From Myxococcota bacterium (GTDB lineage: Bacteria > Myxococcota_A > UBA9160 > SMWR01), in NCBI GenBank assembly GCA_036560145.1, contig DATBRV010000011.1, forward strand, positions 15,930 through 79,929: a stretch of 64,000 bases of DNA. Direction: 5' to 3'. The first letter of the stretch is position 1. Each line of letters starts with the position of its first letter. Positions 24,136-33,041 of this stretch are shown here, piece by piece. The position numbers and the translations under genes are program-made. Under the pieces are notes generated by a model. It was not told the origin of the DNA, made no database searches, and worked only from the letters and a program-made list of their open reading frames with translations.

Positions 24136-25023
24136 TCAGGCGCCCTCGTCCACCAGCCCGCGCCGGCGGCGGATCCGCCCCTCGATCGCGGCGAAGACCA
24201 GGCCGTCGACCAGGATCCCGATCACCAGGATCACGATCATCAGGGCGATCAGCGCGGGCGCGTCGGAGAGCTCGCGCGCGAACTGGAGCTGGCTGCCGAG
24301 CGCGGGCCGCGACTCGATGATCACCAGCAGCTCGCCGGCCATCAGCGAGCGCCAGGAGAACGCCCAGCCTTGTTTGAGCCCGGCGACGTAACCGGGCAGG
24401 GCGGCGGGCAGCACCACGTGCCAGAGGCTCGCGAGCCCGCGCGCGCCGAGCACGCGCCCGGCGCGCAGCAGCAGCGGCGGGATGTGATCGATGCCGTTGA
24501 TGAGGCCATTCGCGATCGAGGGCGAAGCCCCCAGCACCACCACGAACAGGATCGCCGACTCGGAGAGCTTGAAGACCAGGATCGCGAAGGGGAACCAGGC
24601 GATCGAGGGCATGCTCTGGAGCCCGGTGATGAACGAGCCGAAGGCGCGGCGTAGGATGCGGCTGCGCGAGACAGCGACACCAAGAAGCGTTCCAATCCCG
24701 ATCGCCAGCCCGAAGCCCGCCGCCGCGCGCTGCAGCGTGGTGGCGACGGCGGACCAGAACTTCGCGGTCCCCATCAGCTCGCCGATTTCGGCGAAGACGC
24801 GCACGGGGCCGGGCAACACGTAGACCGGGCGCCAGCCGAGCCACACGATCGCCTGCCAGGCGGCCAGCACGAATCCCACCGCCGCCAGCTTCGGCCAGGC
24901 GGCGCGCCAGAAGACCCGGAGCTTGCGCTCGGGCTCGATGAAGGGGACGTCGAGCGCGTCGAGGCCCTCGATCTCCTGCTCGAGCGATTCGCTCTCCACG
25001 ATGGCCGAGCGGTCAACGCCCAT
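24136..25023 (-). CDS. ABC transporter permease (NitT/TauT family; SsuC/TauC-like)
   Basis: Six-TM BPD permease with RSLMAGELLVI. Confidence 0.85.
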   Translation of the reverse strand: MGVDRSAIVESESLEQEIEGLDALDVPFIEPERKLRVFWRAAWPKLAAVGFVLAAWQAIVWLGWRPVYVLPGPVRVFAEIGELMGTAKFWSAVATTLQRAAAGFGLAIGIGTLLGVAVSRSRILRRAFGSFITGLQSMPSIAWFPFAILVFKLSESAILFVVVLGASPSIANGLINGIDHIPPLLLRAGRVLGARGLASLWHVVLPAALPGYVAGLKQGWAFSWRSLMAGELLVIIESRPALGSQLQFARELSDAPALIALMIVILVIGILVDGLVFAAIEGRIRRRRGLVDEGA

Positions 25024-25792
25024 GTCGGCGCACCTCCTCGCGCAGCCGGTTGGTGATGGCGGCCGCCATTTCCGTGACGGGGACGGAGTCCGCGCTGCGC
25101 GGCCTCGGAAGGTCGATCGGGAACTCCGCCACCACGCGGCCGGGGCGGCTGGAGAGCAGCACGACCCGGTCGCCCAGCCGCACGGCCTCGCGCACGTTGT
25201 GGGTGACGAAGAGCACCGTGAGGCCCGTGCGGCAGCAGATCGCCTCGATCTCGTCGTGCAGCACGTCGCGGGTCATGGCGTCGAGGGCGCCGAACGGCTC
25301 GTCCATCAGCAGCACGTCCGCCTCCTGCGAGAGCGCGCGGGCGATCGCCACCCGCTGGCGCATGCCGCCCGAGAGCTCGTGCGGTCGCCGCTCGGCGAAC
25401 GCCTCCAGGTGGACCAGGCGGAGCAGATCGAGCGCCTTGCTGCGCCGCTCCGGCGCCGAGACGCCGCGGAAGCGCATGCCCATCTCGACGTTCTTCTGGA
25501 CCGTCAGCCAGGGAAACAGCGCCGGCTCCTGGAACATCAGCGCGACCCGGCGGCCGCCGACGTCGATCGTCCCCGAGCTGACCTGATAGATCCCCACGAT
25601 CAGGTTGAGCAGCGTGCTCTTGCCGCAGCCTGACGCGCCGAGCAGACACACGAAGCTGCCCTGCGCGACGTCGAGCGAAACCCGGTCGAGCGCCTGGATG
25701 GAGCTGTGCCCCTCGTGATAGGTCTGCGAGACGTTGCGGATCCGGATCGCCATCGGCTGGGCGGCGGATTCCGGCTGGGCGACGGCCTCCAC
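25013..25792 (-). CDS. ABC transporter ATP-binding protein (SsuB/TauB-like)
   Basis: [27 protein letters not shown] and LLMDEP. Confidence 0.9.
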   Translation of the reverse strand: MEAVAQPESAAQPMAIRIRNVSQTYHEGHSSIQALDRVSLDVAQGSFVCLLGASGCGKSTLLNLIVGIYQVSSGTIDVGGRRVALMFQEPALFPWLTVQKNVEMGMRFRGVSAPERRSKALDLLRLVHLEAFAERRPHELSGGMRQRVAIARALSQEADVLLMDEPFGALDAMTRDVLHDEIEAICCRTGLTVLFVTHNVREAVRLGDRVVLLSSRPGRVVAEFPIDLPRPRSADSVPVTEMAAAITNRLREEVRRHGR

Positions 25793-25799
25793 GTTCGCG

Positions 25800-26831
25800 C
25801 TAGTCCGAGACCGGCGGCTGGCCGGCCGCGGCGAGGATCTGGTTCAGCGGCCCGAGCTCGTAGATGCCGTCGAGCTTCACGGGATCCAGCAGCCCCACCG
25901 CGGTGGCGTCCGCGGCCGACTTGCGCAGCGAGGCGGCGATCGGATCCACCGTGAAGGTGAGCGTCGCCCAGGCGCGCTCGATCACGGCGGCGGGCAACGC
26001 CTTGCCGATCGACTTCTCGATTCCCGCGTTCACGATCTCGCGCGCTTTGGCGGGCTCCGCGTTCAAGAACCCGATCGCTCGCACGTGCGCGCGCAGGAAG
26101 CTCGCCACGATCTCCGGGTGCTGCTTCAGGAACGGCGTGCGCACGATCACGTGGGTCGTCACGAACTTCCCGTCCGGCCAGAGGGTCCGCTCGTCGACGA
26201 GCAGCGAGCCTCCCCCCTCCAGCAGCAGGCGCGTCGCCCACGGCTCGGGAACCCAGGCGCCCTGGATCTCCCCCGAGCGGAACGTCTCGAGCGTCTGCGC
26301 GTTCGGCTGCGGGAGGATGGAGACGTCGCCGCCTCCCTCGAGATCCGACTTCAGGCCGTGCTCCACGAGCCAGGCCCGCAGCGCGACGTCCTGCGTGTTG
26401 CCACGCTGCGGTGTCGCGAGGCGGGTTCCCTTGAGCTGCGCCGGCGTGCTGATCTTCGGGTCGACCACCAGGGCCGCCCCGCCCGAGGTGGCGCCCGCCA
26501 CGATCCGGATCGCCTCGCCCTGCGACTGCGCGAAGGCGTTGATGGCAGGATTCGGGCCGATGTAGCTGATGTCGAGGGCGTCCGAGAAGATCGCCTCGAC
26601 GGCCTCGGGCCCGGCGTTGAAGGTGCGCAGCTCGAGCTTCACCCCGTGCCCGAGCGCCTCGGCGAGATAGCCCTGCTCGATCGCCGCGATCGCCGGGGCG
26701 TGCGTGACGTTCGCGAAGTAGCCGAGCCGCAGGACCGGCGGCGCGGCGTCCGAGGCGGGCCCCTCACCGCAGCCGGCCAGGGCGATCGGAAGCGCCAGCA
26801 GAGCGCTGGCTGAGGCGCGCAGCATCGTCAC
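25800..26831 (-). CDS. ABC transporter substrate-binding lipoprotein (NMT1/SsuA/TauA-like)
   Basis: Lipobox LALPIALAGC, followed by LRLGYFANVTHAP. Confidence 0.8.
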   Translation of the reverse strand: MTMLRASASALLALPIALAGCGEGPASDAAPPVLRLGYFANVTHAPAIAAIEQGYLAEALGHGVKLELRTFNAGPEAVEAIFSDALDISYIGPNPAINAFAQSQGEAIRIVAGATSGGAALVVDPKISTPAQLKGTRLATPQRGNTQDVALRAWLVEHGLKSDLEGGGDVSILPQPNAQTLETFRSGEIQGAWVPEPWATRLLLEGGGSLLVDERTLWPDGKFVTTHVIVRTPFLKQHPEIVASFLRAHVRAIGFLNAEPAKAREIVNAGIEKSIGKALPAAVIERAWATLTFTVDPIAASLRKSAADATAVGLLDPVKLDGIYELGPLNQILAAAGQPPVSD

Positions 26832-26879
26832 CTGGTTCTCCTCCGCGGAATCCGGGCCCGGATTCGAGCGGGCGGGAGT

Positions 26880-27539
26880 CTACCGCGGCTGGCGCGAGAG
26901 GGCGGCGGCGAGCCAGCGCCAGGCGGCGGCGGGCGTCGGGGAGAGGACGAAGAGGCGGCCGCGCACCCGGCGCAGCTGGCGGCCGCGCGCGCGGGCCGCC
27001 AGCTCGTCGAGGATCCGCAGGGCCCGGTCCCGCGCGCCGATGCTCGCCAGCAGGCCGGCGAGCTCGAAGCCCGGCTCGAAGGCGGTCGGCTGGATCTTGC
27101 GCGCGCGCTGGAGCAGGGTGAGCGCATCCCCCCGCGTGCGGCGGGAGCGCAGGCGCCGGGAGCCGTCGACCAGCGCGTTCACGGCATCGACCGGCCGCCC
27201 GCGCGACACCTCGAGGTCGGCGAGCGCGAGCCAGAGACGGTGCTCCTTCGAGAGGTACAGGCAGGCCTCGCGGTAGACCCCGATCGCCTGGTCGACGAAG
27301 CCCTGCTGGCTGAGCTGCCCCGCGGCGCGGCGATAGCTCTCCCAGGCGTCCGCGGGCCGCCGGGTGCGCGCCAGCAGCGGCGCGATCCGGCGATGTACGA
27401 GCACGTCGTTCGGGTCGACCGCGAGGATCTCCTGGTAGAGGGCGATCGCGCGCTTGTGTCGCCGGCGGCCGGCGGCGCGCATCGCCCGGTCGAGAATCCG
27501 GGAGCGATCGTAGGAGCGCTTGCGGCCGAACCATCCCAT
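26880..27539 (-). CDS. TPR-like repeat protein
   Basis: Internal ATG at 27539. Helical repeat pattern (AIALYQEILAVDPNDVLVHRRIAPLL, ADAWESYRRAAGQL..). Confidence 0.6.
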   Translation of the reverse strand: MGWFGRKRSYDRSRILDRAMRAAGRRRHKRAIALYQEILAVDPNDVLVHRRIAPLLARTRRPADAWESYRRAAGQLSQQGFVDQAIGVYREACLYLSKEHRLWLALADLEVSRGRPVDAVNALVDGSRRLRSRRTRGDALTLLQRARKIQPTAFEPGFELAGLLASIGARDRALRILDELAARARGRQLRRVRGRLFVLSPTPAAAWRWLAAALSRQPR

Positions 27540-27662
27540 GCCCCGCCTTATCGGTGGGCCGGGCGCCGCGTTCAAGACCCCGGCGGCGCCATCGCGTCCG
27601 GCTGATTCGGGGGGGCAGGGGCGGGGCGGGCCTCGATCGCCGCGAGCCGGCCGACGGAAGCG

Positions 27663-27986
27663 TCATCCGAGGATGGCGAACGCGATCGCGGCGCCGATCG
27701 ACCACGCGACCAGGACGTTCAGGGCCATCAGCACGAGCCGCGCGGGAAGGCGGAGGCCGGCGAGCATCGGATACACGGGGCCGCTCAGTACGCTGAGGGC
27801 GACGAGGTAAGGCACCCCCTTGAGGGTGAGCATCGAGAAGAAGCCGCTCGACTCCGCCTCGATCGTGAAGAGGCCGGTCGCCACACCGAGCCACGGCGCG
27901 ATCACGAATCCCAGCAGCGCGGTTCCGAAAAAGACGAGCAGGCCGTATCCGGCGGCGTGAAGGTAGCTTCGGGTCTCGAAGCTCAA
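27663..27986 (-). CDS. Small 3-TM membrane protein (hypothetical; TTG start inferred)
   Basis: The hydrophobic tail of ORF 27663..28268 is taken as the real part. TTG 27986 lies 19 nt after the upstream stop. Confidence 0.4.
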   Translation of the reverse strand: MSFETRSYLHAAGYGLLVFFGTALLGFVIAPWLGVATGLFTIEAESSGFFSMLTLKGVPYLVALSVLSGPVYPMLAGLRLPARLVLMALNVLVAWSIGAAIAFAILG

Positions 27987-28005
27987 CGGCGGCTCGCGCT
28001 GCGGG

Positions 28006-28425
28006 TCACGTGGCGGCTCGCCGATGTAGCCCCCAGAGCACGAGAGCTGCGCACAGCAATGGCGCCACGACGCCGCCGATCGGGCTGATCCGAAGGATCG
28101 TCTCCGCCCAGGGCGACGCTTCGAAGCCGGCCCCGGCGAGGATCGGCTGGCTCGCCCCGACGATCGCGGAAAACAGCGGAATCCCCCAGTTCGCGTAGGC
28201 GCCGACGACGCCCGTCGCGTACGCGCACGTCGCCGCGCGACCCTCGAGGCCGAGTCGCGGCCACGCAACTCCGAGAACGATCAGGAAGATCGCGTTGACG
28301 ACCCCTTCGACGTGCGCCGCGACCCCCATGCGGGGATTCTCGAGCGCATACGCCGCCAGGCCGGTAAGGAGCCCGAGCAGGTAGAGGGCAAAGCCGTGCC
28401 GAAGCAGCCGCTGCTCGCGGTCCAT
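28006..28425 (-). CDS. Small 4-TM protein resembling the hydroxylaminobenzene-mutase (HabB-like) family
   Basis: ATG 28425 sits behind GGAGG. MDREQRLLRHGFALYLLGLLTGL..NPRMGVAAHVEGVVNAIFLIVLG..GAYANW; the family assignment is from memory only. Confidence 0.5.
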   Translation of the reverse strand: MDREQRLLRHGFALYLLGLLTGLAAYALENPRMGVAAHVEGVVNAIFLIVLGVAWPRLGLEGRAATCAYATGVVGAYANWGIPLFSAIVGASQPILAGAGFEASPWAETILRISPIGGVVAPLLCAALVLWGLHRRAAT

Positions 28426-28487
28426 GGAAGGGCCTCCCATGAAGGTGTCGCCCGGGAAGCAGCCTACTCCCGCCGGGCCCGCGGCGC

Positions 28488-29195
28488 TCACACCAGGCCG
28501 AGGGCGAGAGCGACGAAGCCCGGCCCCGACAATCCGGCGTGCAGGAAGGCCGCGAGCCAGGTGTTTCGCCGTCGCTGCGCGATCCAGGGAACCAGCACGA
28601 GGCTCGGCAGCAGGACGAGCAGGTTTCCCAGCCCGAAGGCGGTGTGGAACGCGCCCCAGAGAGCGGCGTTGAGAAGCCAGGCGCGCTCGCCCAGACGGGC
28701 CTGCATGCGCGGCAGCGAGATGCCCCGCCAGACGAGCTCCTCGCCCAGGATGTTGATGGGCCAATACACGGTCCACAGACCGAGCATCCACAGCCGGGGG
28801 CCGACCAGCGGTTGCACGTGCCGCGAGAACGGCGGATTGGGATCGAGGCCCAGCAGGAAGCACGAACGGAACGCGGCTGCGCTTCCGAGCGCGATGCCGA
28901 GCAGCCCCAGCCAACCCCAGCGCCAGTCGGCCGACGAGGGTCGGCGCAGACGGAGCCGATCGATCCAGTGCTGGCTGCGTCGCTCTCCTCGCAGGATCCG
29001 CGAGCCGCCCACGAGGATGGGTGCGAAGACCAGCGGCAGGGCGAGCAGCATCCAGGCGGCCATGGGATCCACGCCGGCCGCCGACAGCGCCGGCACGCCC
29101 CACCCGACGACGCCAGCCACCAGGCAGCCGCCTCCCAGGAAGAGGGCTACGTCGGGAAGCAGGCTGGGCGGCTCCGGTCGGGCGCCGTCGCTCAT
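28488..29195 (-). CDS. CPBP family intramembrane glutamic protease (CAAX/Abi type)
   Basis: EELVWRG....WGAFH....FLHAGLS motif series. Confidence 0.8.
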   Translation of the reverse strand: MSDGARPEPPSLLPDVALFLGGGCLVAGVVGWGVPALSAAGVDPMAAWMLLALPLVFAPILVGGSRILRGERRSQHWIDRLRLRRPSSADWRWGWLGLLGIALGSAAAFRSCFLLGLDPNPPFSRHVQPLVGPRLWMLGLWTVYWPINILGEELVWRGISLPRMQARLGERAWLLNAALWGAFHTAFGLGNLLVLLPSLVLVPWIAQRRRNTWLAAFLHAGLSGPGFVALALGLV

Positions 29196-29204
29196 CGGTT
29201 GCGC

Positions 29205-29633
29205 TCACCCCTGCGCAAGCGCGACGCCGGTGACGATGCAGATCCACAGGAGCAGGAGCACGGCCCAGCTGGAGAAATACGCCGCGATCCGGTGCTGGAG
29301 CTGGTTGCTTCCCGTGTGGATGTAGGTGTGCGCGCAACGCAGCGCGACGTAGAGCCAGGCGAGGCCGATCACGAGCGTGGTGGCCTGTCCCGTGACCATG
29401 GCCGACACGCAGGCGACGTAGAACAGGGTCGGGGCTTCGAAGAGATTGACGAAGTGACGCGCCAGCTTCGCGGAGGCCTCGGGCTCGCTCCCGTTCTGAT
29501 AGGTCTTGAAGTACGCAGGGTTCACCGCGCCTTCGCGGACGAAGCGAACGCGCGTGCGGAAGAGCCTCACCAGGGTCGAGAACGTGAGGAGCACCATCGC
29601 GAACATGGGATAGATGAGCGAATGATCCTTCAT
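29205..29633 (-). CDS. MAPEG family membrane protein
   Basis: 142 aa, 4 TM, with ARHFVNLFEAPTLFY and ALRCAHTYIH. Confidence 0.7.
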   Translation of the reverse strand: MKDHSLIYPMFAMVLLTFSTLVRLFRTRVRFVREGAVNPAYFKTYQNGSEPEASAKLARHFVNLFEAPTLFYVACVSAMVTGQATTLVIGLAWLYVALRCAHTYIHTGSNQLQHRIAAYFSSWAVLLLLWICIVTGVALAQG

Positions 29634-29699
29634 TTTGTCGGCTCCTCGTGCGGTCGTCGGTCGGTCATCTCTCCGAGCAGCCGCTCGGCCCCCTGGCGA

Positions 29700-30395
29700 T
29701 CACGGCAGCAGCCAGGCGTACCCTTCGCGCAGGGCCTTGCGGCCGCCGCTCTCCAGGATCTCGCCGTGGGCGACCACGACGCGATCGAAATCCCAGGCGA
29801 GGATGCGCTCGAGGCTTTGCCGCGCGGCGACGCGATCTCGGATCAGGAAGGGATCCAGCCTGGACGGACCGAAGCGCCCGTAGCTCCGGATCAGCTTCAT
29901 GAGCAGCCGTGTCGGCGCCGCCGCGCGCGGGCCGAAGTTGAAGGCGAGATCGCACAGGATCAGCGTGCGGCTGGCGCGGTGGAAGAAGGTCACCTCGTTC
30001 TCGTACGGCCTCCCGCGGAAGAAGGTCTGCTGCACCTCGTCCCGCCATTCCTCGGGCGCGTCGTCGCCGAGCACCGCCTCGAAGCGGAGGTCGGGGCGCT
30101 TGCGCTCGAGCCCGGGCCCCACCCAGAGGCGCGCCTCCGGGTAGACCTTCGCGACCTCGCCCGCGTACAGGTGATGGACGCGATTGGGCGCGACCACGTA
30201 GCGGACGCGGCCGAGCGCATCGAGCTCCGCGCGCAGCCCCTCGTCGAGAGCGACCGGGGAGTGGAGCAGCAGCCGACCGCCGGAGAGCCGGATCACGGTC
30301 ATCCGGGTTCCCACCGGCAGCCCGTAGAAGGTCTGCGGCCGATCCGCGACCCAGAGGTCCTTCGCCAACGCCCTCAGAGGATCGAGCGGGCTCAC
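29700..30395 (-). CDS. DUF4336-like protein (metallo-beta-lactamase-like fold)
   Basis: MTVIRLSGGRLLLHSPVAL..YVVAPNRVHHLY..TLILCDLAFN. GTG 30395 lies behind GGGAGGAAG and directly after the upstream TAG. Confidence 0.6.
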   Translation of the reverse strand: MSPLDPLRALAKDLWVADRPQTFYGLPVGTRMTVIRLSGGRLLLHSPVALDEGLRAELDALGRVRYVVAPNRVHHLYAGEVAKVYPEARLWVGPGLERKRPDLRFEAVLGDDAPEEWRDEVQQTFFRGRPYENEVTFFHRASRTLILCDLAFNFGPRAAAPTRLLMKLIRSYGRFGPSRLDPFLIRDRVAARQSLERILAWDFDRVVVAHGEILESGGRKALREGYAWLLP

Positions 30396-30396
30396 G

Positions 30397-30975
30397 CTAG
30401 GCGCCTTCCTCCCGTGCAGCATCGATCCATGCGGGCGCCTCGAATCCGGCATCCAGCTCGACCTGGAGCGAATTGAGCGCGGTCGCGATCAGCGTGTATT
30501 GGCCGATCGTGAAGACGATGTCGAGGAGTTGCTTGTGGCTGAAGTGGGCGGCCAGGGTCTTCCATGTCTCTTCGGCGATCCGACCGTCGTTCCTGGTTTC
30601 GAGACAGGCCCGCAACAGGGCGGCCTCGCTGCTCGACCAGGAAGCGTGATCCGGCCCCGACTCGATTCTCGCGACTTCGTCCGAGGTGAGCGCGCGAAGC
30701 GCCTCGCTGATCCTGGCGTGGTGCGACCAGGGGTAGATGGCTCGCCAGGCGAAGGAAGTCCCGAGGATCAGGAGCTGGCGATCCCGTGCGGGCAGGGACG
30801 AGTTCGGCATGACGTGCACGGCAAACGGCAGCCAGGCCGCGTAGAGATCCGGATGCGCGCCGAAGGTGAGGTGCATGTTGGGAACGTATCCGCCGAGCGA
30901 TTCGATTCGCTCGAACTCGGCCTCGGAGCGCGGATCCGCCTGGCGGCGCTCGATCGGCGGGATGCGCGCCTTCAT
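30397..30975 (-). CDS. Carboxymuconolactone decarboxylase (AhpD-like) family protein
   Basis: ATG 30975 lies behind GGAGGA. The helical CMD-type sequence includes ...RDRQLLILGTSFAWRAIYPWSHH. Confidence 0.65.
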   Translation of the reverse strand: MKARIPPIERRQADPRSEAEFERIESLGGYVPNMHLTFGAHPDLYAAWLPFAVHVMPNSSLPARDRQLLILGTSFAWRAIYPWSHHARISEALRALTSDEVARIESGPDHASWSSSEAALLRACLETRNDGRIAEETWKTLAAHFSHKQLLDIVFTIGQYTLIATALNSLQVELDAGFEAPAWIDAAREEGA

Positions 30976-30995
30976 TCGTCCTCCCGGGCGCTTCG

Positions 30996-31373
30996 TCAGG
31001 CCGCGCGCTTCGATGCCGCGGCCGTGCGGATCGAAAGCACGAGGCCCGCGAGCGCGATGGCGTACAGGATTCCCTTGACGAAGACGACCGTCGCGGTCGC
31101 GAGCCCGGAGACGTCCTGGGCCGCGCCGCGCTCGAGCTGGCCGAAGAAGCTGCCGTAGAGCCCGCCGCACAGGACGGCCCAGGCGGCGACCAGCAGCACC
31201 GGTCCGTTTTGCTTCCGGCGCGAGACCGCGCGCGCAGCGTACAGCAGCAGCGCGCCCGCGATGAAGTCGTCGACGTAGCCGGAGATGGTTTCGAAGTTGG
31301 TGCGGCGCCGGAGCGCCTCGAGCAGGGGAAGCGCGACTCCCATCGCGTAGGCAGCGGCCAGCTCGAAACGCAT
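30996..31373 (-). CDS. Small 4-TM membrane protein (hypothetical), first gene of the minus-strand operon
   Basis: MRFELAAAYAMGVALPLL...; hydrophobic throughout. Confidence 0.6.
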   Translation of the reverse strand: MRFELAAAYAMGVALPLLEALRRRTNFETISGYVDDFIAGALLLYAARAVSRRKQNGPVLLVAAWAVLCGGLYGSFFGQLERGAAQDVSGLATATVVFVKGILYAIALAGLVLSIRTAAASKRAA

Positions 31374-31491
31374 GCGCCCCTCCCGATGCCGGATCCTAGC
31401 CCTTCAGGCGCTTCGTGAAGAAGGCCAGGATCTCGGGACCGCCGTCGCAGCCAGGGTGCTAGGCTGGATTCTCGCGACGCCCGGAGGAGCC

Positions 31492-31926
31492 GTGGGTCTT
31501 GTACGCGCCGAGATCGAGATCGACGCCCCGGCCGAGCGGATCTTCGACATCCTGACCGACCTGTCAGCCTACCCCGAGTGGAATCCCTTCACGCCGCGGG
31601 TCGAATCGACGCTGCGCCGGGGCGATCCCGTGCACCTCTACGTCCGGCTGCGCGGGGAGCGGCTCGCACACCGCGTCGAGTACGTCACCCAGCATGACCG
31701 GCCGTCGCGCCTGTGCTGGGGGACGACGATCGGCCCGCGCTTCCTGCTCCGGGCGGAGCGATGCCAGACGCTCACGCCCATCGACGAACGCCGGACCCGC
31801 TTCGTGAACCAGGACGTTCTGCGCGGCTGGCTCGCGCCCCTCGTGATGCTCGCCTACGGCGGCGCCATGCAGCGGGGCTTCGAGTCGGTCGCCACCGCGC
31901 TCAAGAAGCGCGCCGAGTCGAGCTAG
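31492..31926 (+). CDS. SRPBCC (START/polyketide-cyclase-like) ligand-binding protein
   Basis: GGAGGA lies upstream of GTG 31492. VRAEIEIDAPAERIFDILTDLSAYPEWNPF. Confidence 0.75.
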   Translation: MGLVRAEIEIDAPAERIFDILTDLSAYPEWNPFTPRVESTLRRGDPVHLYVRLRGERLAHRVEYVTQHDRPSRLCWGTTIGPRFLLRAERCQTLTPIDERRTRFVNQDVLRGWLAPLVMLAYGGAMQRGFESVATALKKRAESS

Positions 31927-31940
31927 CGAAGGAGCCCCCC

Positions 31941-33041
31941 TTGTCCGATCAAACCGCCGCGCAGCGCCTGATGTCCGGGAAATCCTGGGAGGAGTTCTGC
32001 GACACGTTGAAGAGCGCCGGCAAGACCATCCTCGCCGAGGGCTCGCCCGAGAATCCGCTGGATCGCGCGGAGGGCTTCCGGTATCTGAGCCGCCTCGCCC
32101 GCGCCGCCCTCGAGACCTTCGTCGAGCACGCGGATCCGCTCGCGCCCGTCCTGCACCGCCCGGTGCACGAGACCGCGAAGATCGGCGCCGACAATCCGGA
32201 CAACTACTACCAGCACGCGACCCTCAGCGGGAAGCACGAGTACCGGATCACCGGCACGCGCGGCACGATCCACTATCTGGATTTTGCGACGCAGTCGAGC
32301 GGCGTCGCGAGCTCCGGCAGCTCGCGCCAGGGGGGGCACCTCGACGCGGCCGATCTCGAGATCGGGCCCGATGGCCGCTTCGAGATCCTGCTGAGCTGCG
32401 AGCCGAAGAAAGGCAACTGGCTGGCGATGACGCCCGACACCACCGCGCTGATCGTGCGCCAGACCTACCTCGACCGCGATCGCGAGCAGCCCGCGCAGCT
32501 CCGGATCGAGCGGCTCGGCGGCGACGGCAAGCCGACGCCCCTCACCCCGGAAGCGCTCGACGCCGGATTCAAGGCCGCCGCGGGTCTCGTGGTGGGCTGC
32601 GCCGCGCTCTTCTCGGGCTGGGCCCAGGGCTTCCAGAAGCACACCAACCAGCTTCCGAAGTTCAGCGACGCCATCTCGATGGGGGCCGGCGGCGACCCGA
32701 ACATCGGCTACTACCACAGCTACTGGAAGCTCGGCCCCGAAGAGGCGCTGCTGATCGAGGTGATGCCGCCCGCCTGCGAGCACTGGAACTTCCAGCTCGA
32801 CAACCACTGGATGGAATCCCTCGACTACCGCCACCACCGCATCCACATCAACAAGCACACCGCGCGGTACCAGCGAGACGGCAGCGTGCGGATCGTGGTG
32901 GCGCACCGCGATCCCGGCGTTCCGAACTGGATCGAGACCGCCGGCCACTCGCAGGGCACCATGTGCTTCCGCTGGATCCGCGCCGATGCGCATCCCCAGC
33001 CGGCGACGCGGGTCGTGAAGCTCTCGGAGCTGGAGGCTTGA
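31941..33041 (+). CDS. DUF1214-like protein
   Basis: GAAGGAG lies upstream of TTG 31941. ..EGFRYLSRLARAALE..AKIGADNPDNYYQHA.. Confidence 0.6.
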   Translation: MSDQTAAQRLMSGKSWEEFCDTLKSAGKTILAEGSPENPLDRAEGFRYLSRLARAALETFVEHADPLAPVLHRPVHETAKIGADNPDNYYQHATLSGKHEYRITGTRGTIHYLDFATQSSGVASSGSSRQGGHLDAADLEIGPDGRFEILLSCEPKKGNWLAMTPDTTALIVRQTYLDRDREQPAQLRIERLGGDGKPTPLTPEALDAGFKAAAGLVVGCAALFSGWAQGFQKHTNQLPKFSDAISMGAGGDPNIGYYHSYWKLGPEEALLIEVMPPACEHWNFQLDNHWMESLDYRHHRIHINKHTARYQRDGSVRIVVAHRDPGVPNWIETAGHSQGTMCFRWIRADAHPQPATRVVKLSELEA

